DNA of 64,000 nucleotides from positions 1-64,000 of IMG/VR virus record IMGVR_UViG_3300032931_001151; one strand, written 5' to 3'. Below the pieces are notes generated by a model that searched no databases, was not told the DNA's origin, and was given only the letters and a program-made list of their open reading frames with translations. The position numbers were made by a program, and so were the translations under genes. How positions within the stretch are numbered: position 1 is the stretch's first letter; each line of letters begins with the position of its first letter. Below, one piece after another: positions 58,978 to 64,000 of the stretch.

Positions 58978-59952
58978 ATGGACCTGAAAAGTAGAATTAA
59001 ATCATTATTTACAGAGGGCTTACTAATAGAAAAAGCCGATGTAAGTAATATTATTGGTAAAAAGAAAATACTAAAGAAACAATCGGTGAAAAAAAGTAAG
59101 ATAAAAAGCAAAAGAAAAAATAACTTTAAAACTCAAGATGCAAGAAGAATATTGGCATCTAAACACGGTGTTAGCAATGCTTTAAAGAAAATGGAAAATA
59201 AATATGTAATGGATTATGCAGAAATTGCAAAACTAATGAGGAAATATAGTTATACCTTCAATAAAGACAAGGGAAGTTGGCTAAAGAAGAAAGATGTCGG
59301 ATCCGAAGTCAAATCAACGTCTACTAAAGCAACTATTGAGCCAACTTCAAATAAACCCGAAACTTCTAAACCAAAAGAGTCTAAAAAGGCAAAAATTAAA
59401 GTTGCTAAAATTGATGATATTGAAGATAAATTAAAATCCGATAAATCTTCAAGTATGAAGAAGTCTTCAAATATTGAAGATAAAAATGTTATAAGTAATG
59501 AGAGTATGAAGAGTTATCAAGGAAGATTAATATCCTATTTATTAAATTCAAATAATGAAGAGGGTGGATGGCTTGATGCTATACAAATAGTTGACGAAGA
59601 GCCTTTAGAATTCTATCTACCAAAAGAATCCATTTACGAGTACCTATCAAATCAAGATATTACTTGGATAGAAGATCGTAAAGTGTGGGTTGACATAGAC
59701 GGAGATTACCCAATTTCCAACGAAATTCATAATGGTAGAATAGGAATAACCGCAAGAGCAATATTGGCTAATAACGGATTTATTAATTTCCTTAATGTTG
59801 ATGAAGTAAGTGATGAAGAAACTCTTGACTCTATACGAGAACTGGGATATAATTGGGGCGATGGCATGTGGGTTAAACCCGAAATAACCACCGAAATTGT
59901 TAAAAGACAATTCCCCGAATTAGTAACCAATGACATTATAGGCACAATATAA
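58978..59952 (+). CDS. Late protein with a Lys-rich N-half (putative DNA-binding internal protein)
   Basis: MDLKSRIKSLFTEGLLIEK; basic N-half and acidic C-half. Confidence 0.7.
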   Translation: MDLKSRIKSLFTEGLLIEKADVSNIIGKKKILKKQSVKKSKIKSKRKNNFKTQDARRILASKHGVSNALKKMENKYVMDYAEIAKLMRKYSYTFNKDKGSWLKKKDVGSEVKSTSTKATIEPTSNKPETSKPKESKKAKIKVAKIDDIEDKLKSDKSSSMKKSSNIEDKNVISNESMKSYQGRLISYLLNSNNEEGGWLDAIQIVDEEPLEFYLPKESIYEYLSNQDITWIEDRKVWVDIDGDYPISNEIHNGRIGITARAILANNGFINFLNVDEVSDEETLDSIRELGYNWGDGMWVKPEITTEIVKRQFPELVTNDIIGTI

Positions 59953-59956
59953 ACAC

Positions 59957-59984
59957 TTGACTTATCATTATAGGCAACTATAAT
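59957..59984 (+). promoter_or_regulatory. Early promoter TTGACT-N16-TATAAT
   Basis: Upstream of the RNA ligase. Confidence 0.82.
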
Positions 59985-60005
59985 AAGGCCAAGGAATAAA
60001 AATAT

Positions 60006-61211
60006 ATGTCTCTTCAAGATTATCTAACAAAGTATTTTCCCAACGGTCCTATTGGTGAATTTGAAAGCCAAAAATGTGAAATTATTTCACATTTCATAGA
60101 TCGTTTTGGTGTCAATGTGAAAAATGTAGGGAATTTATATCTATTTAAATATGATCAACTATTAGTTAAATTTACTATTCCATTAACAAAGGAATGCCGT
60201 GGCCATATTTATCAATATATAAATGGCAATTGGTTGCGAGTATGTAATGCTATGGATAAATTTTGGAATTTTGACGAAGGATTTTGTCCTATCTTTGAGG
60301 AATCAGAATTTCAACAATATATAAACCAAATTGAACTAAAAAATAAAGAAGATGGTAGTCTTATACATCTTTATTGGCTTGAAGATCAACAAAAGTGGAA
60401 TTTATCCACTTCAGGTTCAATTGTGTGTTTTACCGTTGGAGATTCGTCGCTCACTTTTGACCAACTATTTTGGAAGACACTTAATAAAGATGTTACCGAG
60501 TTTACTTCTAAACTTGATAAAAACTACGTTTATATTTTTGAATTATGCTCAACTCTTAATCAAATAGTGTCTATGTATAAAAATGATAGAATTTATCTAT
60601 TAAACGTTCGCCATAACCGATATGGCACATATCTTCCTATTGATTCTATTGCTCAAGAGTTGGGTCTTCTTATTCCAACTTCAACTTTCCTATATCAATT
60701 AGATATTAATACTAAAAATGATATGGTAATGTGGGTTGAAAAAAATTGCGTTGACGATGTTGATTGTAAGAATAAAGAGGGATTCGTTGGTTATATCAAT
60801 GGGGTTCCATCTTTTAAGATTAAAACCAATCGTTATAAGTTCTTACACTCATTCAAAGGTAATAACGAGAAAGAGACTCGTAATAACATCATTGATGCTT
60901 ATTTCACCGATACTATTGACGATGTTTATAATGACCTCCACGAATCAAGCAAAATGTTTGTTGAATCATTAAGAATCAAAGTATTAAACCTTCTAAATGA
61001 TGTCAATTTGGCAATCGTCAAAATGAATGGCTTGAAATTTGAAACCCAAAAAGAATATGCGTTATTTGTGATTGCGAATACTCCTAAAATGGTAAATGGG
61101 TTCTTTTTCGCCAATAAGGAAATAATTCTTAAGAGTGAAGGTATTACCGAATTATTTACCAATTGGATTAAGCAACATCATAAAAAATATGAAGATTATT
61201 GGAAATCTTAA
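60006..61211 (+). CDS. RNA ligase, T4 Rnl1-like
   Basis: LFKY, ECRG, DKFWN..E, motif I KEDGSLI, FEL, EGFV, FKIKT..Y. Confidence 0.88.
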   Translation: MSLQDYLTKYFPNGPIGEFESQKCEIISHFIDRFGVNVKNVGNLYLFKYDQLLVKFTIPLTKECRGHIYQYINGNWLRVCNAMDKFWNFDEGFCPIFEESEFQQYINQIELKNKEDGSLIHLYWLEDQQKWNLSTSGSIVCFTVGDSSLTFDQLFWKTLNKDVTEFTSKLDKNYVYIFELCSTLNQIVSMYKNDRIYLLNVRHNRYGTYLPIDSIAQELGLLIPTSTFLYQLDINTKNDMVMWVEKNCVDDVDCKNKEGFVGYINGVPSFKIKTNRYKFLHSFKGNNEKETRNNIIDAYFTDTIDDVYNDLHESSKMFVESLRIKVLNLLNDVNLAIVKMNGLKFETQKEYALFVIANTPKMVNGFFFANKEIILKSEGITELFTNWIKQHHKKYEDYWKS

Positions 61212-61219
61212 TATGGTAG

Positions 61220-61247
61220 TTGACAATACTAGTTGTTTAGTTATAAT
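61220..61247 (+). promoter_or_regulatory. Early promoter TTGACA-N16-TATAAT
   Basis: Both boxes are perfect consensus. Confidence 0.85.
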
Positions 61248-61271
61248 GAACTTATGTGAAAGGAACATTAA

Positions 61272-61760
61272 ATGCACAAAGTAAGAACAATCTTTAGTCC
61301 AGGTGTAGCAATGGTTTACACTATCCATAACCTAAAAACAGGCGAGGATCATCCCGCTGCTACTTGTGGAGTTAAGGACGTGGATTGTAAGCCTTGGAGA
61401 TCACCTAAAGGAACCGCTCAAGGTAAAGAGTTCTTTAAGATGAAACTTGGAAGTAAAAAGAAGGGATTTGAAATAATTACATTTTTAAACTCAAGTTTAC
61501 ATAGTCAATGCCTTTCTGAAGATGGCGAGTGGGAGTTCCGAGGATTGCGACCCGATGGTGGTATTTTGCCACGACTTTCTAATGATAAGTCAAGTAAAAA
61601 AGAAGTACAAAAGTATATTCCCATAAATGATAAGAAAACTAAAGCCATTATACAACAAGTTGATGATAATAAAGTTTATGCTACAATTGAAGAAATCCAC
61701 AATACCATTGAAAACGAAGAATTCGTTGATATGGATGAAATGAACAAGATTTTAAATTAA
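61272..61760 (+). CDS. Hypothetical protein
   Basis: 162 aa, AAGGA RBS. Confidence 0.7.
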   Translation: MHKVRTIFSPGVAMVYTIHNLKTGEDHPAATCGVKDVDCKPWRSPKGTAQGKEFFKMKLGSKKKGFEIITFLNSSLHSQCLSEDGEWEFRGLRPDGGILPRLSNDKSSKKEVQKYIPINDKKTKAIIQQVDDNKVYATIEEIHNTIENEEFVDMDEMNKILN

Positions 61761-61774
61761 GGAGAAAGAATGTT

Positions 61775-61981
61775 ATGAGTCACGAAGAAGAAGATTTTGA
61801 CATCCCCAAAGAATTAGTTGAAAAGAAGCGAAGGGAGTGTAAAAAAGATCATTCTAAAGATAAAAAGCAAGTTGATGAACTTGAGAGAAAAAAAGCAAAT
61901 CTACATAAACGTAGAATTGCGGAACTTCAAGAAGAAGACCTTGATGATGACGAAGAAGAGTATAAACATTTGTGGAAGTGA
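61775..61981 (+). CDS. Small charged hypothetical protein
   Basis: AAGGAG RBS. Confidence 0.65.
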   Translation: MSHEEEDFDIPKELVEKKRRECKKDHSKDKKQVDELERKKANLHKRRIAELQEEDLDDDEEEYKHLWK

Positions 61982-62038
61982 TTCATTTTGGACTTATAAT
62001 AAGAAAAGAAACAAAATAACTCGTGAAAGGAGATTATT

Positions 62039-62218
62039 ATGAAGTATATCGTAAGAAGCCGTACAACTGGTGGTAGATATCTCGTTGAGAGAGAAACCGG
62101 AAAAAAGGCATACCGTTGGACCAAAAGAGCCGCTAAGGTTGCTCATCGTTTTACATCATATGATGCTGCCCAAAAAGCATCACAAAGATATAACGGCGAA
62201 TTGATTAGCGTTAAGTAA
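62039..62218 (+). CDS. 59-aa basic hypothetical protein (absent from the ORF track)
   Basis: MKYIVRSRTTGGRYLV..; AAGGAG RBS. Confidence 0.65.
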   Translation: MKYIVRSRTTGGRYLVERETGKKAYRWTKRAAKVAHRFTSYDAAQKASQRYNGELISVK

Positions 62219-62220
62219 TT

Positions 62221-62409
62221 ATGCCGAGATATGACTATCAATGTGAAAAGTGTGAACACATTCAAGAGGAATCGCATCCTATAAACGGACCTATTGAATG
62301 TATTATTTGTGAAAATTGTAAGTCTAAAAAGATGGTAAAAGTAGTTTCCGCCCCCTATGTGCGATTCATAGGGGACTGGCAAACTAATGATGTTAGAAAA
62401 ACTAATTAA
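62221..62409 (+). CDS. FmdB-family zinc-ribbon protein
   Basis: MPRYDYQCEKCEH..E....CENC......VSAP..F.G.W..ND. Confidence 0.85.
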   Translation: MPRYDYQCEKCEHIQEESHPINGPIECIICENCKSKKMVKVVSAPYVRFIGDWQTNDVRKTN

Positions 62410-62418
62410 GGAAATACA

Positions 62419-62724
62419 ATGAATAAAAAGATTTTTCTTGTAATGCGGGATCCCAAAACCGAACTAGAAACTCATATGGAATGGGAAGGACATGATTCAT
62501 TAGAAGATGCCAAAAAAGAATATACCAATATTCGTAATATGTCTATGCAAGAAGGAGTAAAACCAATTGATGGTTTCGTGTATGAGGCCGATATCCCAGA
62601 GTATGGCAATGTTGCCGAGAAACTTGATATGGCGGAATTAGCCAAACATTACGAGAATAAAGTAATGGATATGAACTTCTCGGATCCTCTTACTCCACAG
62701 TTTGAAGTAATTAACAATGACTAA
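62419..62724 (+). CDS. Hypothetical protein
   Basis: 101 aa, AAGGA RBS. Confidence 0.65.
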   Translation: MNKKIFLVMRDPKTELETHMEWEGHDSLEDAKKEYTNIRNMSMQEGVKPIDGFVYEADIPEYGNVAEKLDMAELAKHYENKVMDMNFSDPLTPQFEVINND

Positions 62725-63238
62725 TTACCTAAAAGGTAAAACGGTTTATTTGGCCGGAAGTATTCACCACAACGACGAAGATTCGGGTGTTGGTTGGAGA
62801 GAATCTATAACCCCAAAATTAGAAAAATTTGGAGTTAATGTACAAGATCCATGTAAAAAAACTATTAATGGGGTTGGGGAAGTTGGCGACGATAAAAAAG
62901 AATTAATAGATTTAATTAAAAGAAAGAAATTTTTGGATGTTAAAGAGAGATTTTTTCCAATACTAAAAGCAGATTTAAGATGTGTGGACATATCGCATTT
63001 CGTTATTGTCAATTATAGACCAAAAATTAGGCATATTGGAACCATCCATGAACTAGTTATGGCAAATATAGAACGCAAGCCTATACTTCTTTATTATCCC
63101 GAAAATGAATTAGAAGATTTCAATCCGTGGATAGCATGTCTTATTAAATCCAATCACATTTTCGACGATTGGAATAAAATGTTTGATTATTTAACTGAAG
63201 TAGACAAGGGAAACTTTGATACCTCTTTATGGTACTAA
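62717..63238 (+). CDS. Nucleoside 2-deoxyribosyltransferase-like / nucleotide N-glycosidase
   Basis: VYLAGSI, GWRE, DP, DLRCVD.S, GTIHEL..A. Confidence 0.8.
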   Translation: MTNYLKGKTVYLAGSIHHNDEDSGVGWRESITPKLEKFGVNVQDPCKKTINGVGEVGDDKKELIDLIKRKKFLDVKERFFPILKADLRCVDISHFVIVNYRPKIRHIGTIHELVMANIERKPILLYYPENELEDFNPWIACLIKSNHIFDDWNKMFDYLTEVDKGNFDTSLWY

Positions 63239-63628
63239 AAGGAACTATATGTTAAAAATACCATTACTAAAGGGTTGCGACGATTTAGATTTAATTAGAA
63301 TGAGATCCTTATTAGAATCTACTCTAAAATCCGTTGAAGTTGAAATATACGATAGACTAATTCCCAAACAAGTTGTAACTCACAATAGTAAAACGTTAAC
63401 TCTTCAATATATCATTGAAGACCATGAAATAGAACTTAATTTTAAATAAAGGAATCTAAAATGAAAATGAAGACAACCCAAATAGTATCGGTAACAAATG
63501 AAGAAGTTATTAGATACCTCACTAAAGTAGTTGAGAAGAAAACGGGAAAGAAAGTAGTTAAAGTAACCGAACCTTTTGATTTCCATCTTCAAGATGAGGA
63601 AGCCGATCTAGATAAGGAGCAAGCTTAA
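63216..63628 (+). other. Two small hypothetical CDS (about 63249-63449 and 63461-63628)
   Basis: AAGGA RBS before each ATG. Confidence 0.55.
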
Positions 63629-63629
63629 T

Positions 63630-63917
63630 ATGCCTTATATCAAACAAGAAGATCGCACTAAGTTTAACGAAGATGCCGTTAGACTTGGAACAAAAGCGGA
63701 ATGTGCAGGCGATTTAAACTATGCCATCACCGTTATATTGCACACTTATCTTAAAAAGAAGGGTATTAGATACTCCAATCTCAATGAGGTAATTGGAATG
63801 CTTGATTGTGCAAAGATGGAATTATATAGATCAATTGCGGGTCCTTACGAAGATATTAAAATTAAAGAATCTGGTCTAGTAGGTCTAATATCCGAATTTG
63901 GCGGCCCAACCCCATAA
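63630..63917 (+). CDS. Conserved phage protein (DUF6899-like)
   Basis: MPYIKQEDR..GDLNYAIT..Y...NEVIG.L.CAKMELYR....PYED.KI...G. Confidence 0.7.
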   Translation: MPYIKQEDRTKFNEDAVRLGTKAECAGDLNYAITVILHTYLKKKGIRYSNLNEVIGMLDCAKMELYRSIAGPYEDIKIKESGLVGLISEFGGPTP

Positions 63918-63962
63918 TAATTAATCCCTTTTTGATATAATATATGTAAGAAGGGATTTGAT

Positions 63963-64000
63963 ATGGAACAACTTGTTTGTACTTTAGAATCGGTATCGGG
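63963..64000 (+). CDS. Partial CDS truncated by the window end
   Basis: ATG after AAGGGA (MEQLVCTLES..). Confidence 0.45.
   Translation, partial: MEQLVCTLESVS

Noticed and set aside
91-63592. Many short antisense or alternative-frame ORFs in the track (e.g. 91-303, 23923-24309, 27226-27606, 52257-52838, 59647-59910)
   Set aside because: They lie inside well-supported genes, lack an RBS or motifs, and look like shadow ORFs.
1-64000. Stop-codon reassignment, as in some jumbo phages
   Set aside because: Recognisable enzymes are full length in code 11, genes tile densely, and TAA, TGA and occasional TAG all act as stops.
1-64000. tRNA or rRNA genes, introns, inteins, IS elements
   Set aside because: No cloverleaf/T-loop motifs, split genes or transposases were seen and intergenic gaps are very short. 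A tRNAscan/Infernal run would be needed to exclude them fully.

Overview
This is a 64 kb segment of an AT-rich (roughly 30% GC), gene-dense large or jumbo dsDNA phage, probably a T4-superfamily-like myophage using the standard genetic code; the host cannot be determined. Most of the window is short minus-strand early or auxiliary genes behind 18 near-consensus TTGAC(T/A)-N15/16-TATAAT promoters. Plus-strand islands (about 10.8-14.2 kb, 42.5-53.6 kb and 55.6-60 kb) follow T4-type late promoters (TATAAATA). Recognisable functions include RNA/tRNA repair (Rnl1-like ligase, CCA-adding enzyme, RlaP-like nucleotidyltransferase, Pth2) and NAD/ADP-ribose/nucleotide metabolism (PncA, Nudix, macrodomain, two NDT-like proteins, a 5'-nucleotidase, an Acb1-like 2H phosphoesterase). 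There are also DNA enzymes (ATP-dependent ligase, pyrimidine-dimer glycosylase-like, MmcB-like, EXD2-type HNH), three radical SAM enzymes, GT4/GT10/GT29 glycosyltransferases, a lipase, a C1 peptidase and a lysozyme-like protein. A host-recognition block carries GH5, GH39-like and PKD/LRR proteins. The best candidate for an undescribed system is a promoter-delimited operon (26.7-30.2 kb): an atypical radical SAM/SPASM enzyme followed by four otherwise unrelated proteins that all begin M-K-x-R-x-[GD]-FVTNSSSSSF-I. Other notable signals are a shared N-terminal signal on late proteins, RBS-occluding hairpins over late promoters, short promoter spacers, strong CAG/CTG avoidance, and early proteins that resemble capsid or tail-tube fragments. 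All calls come from motif recognition by eye; no searches were run.
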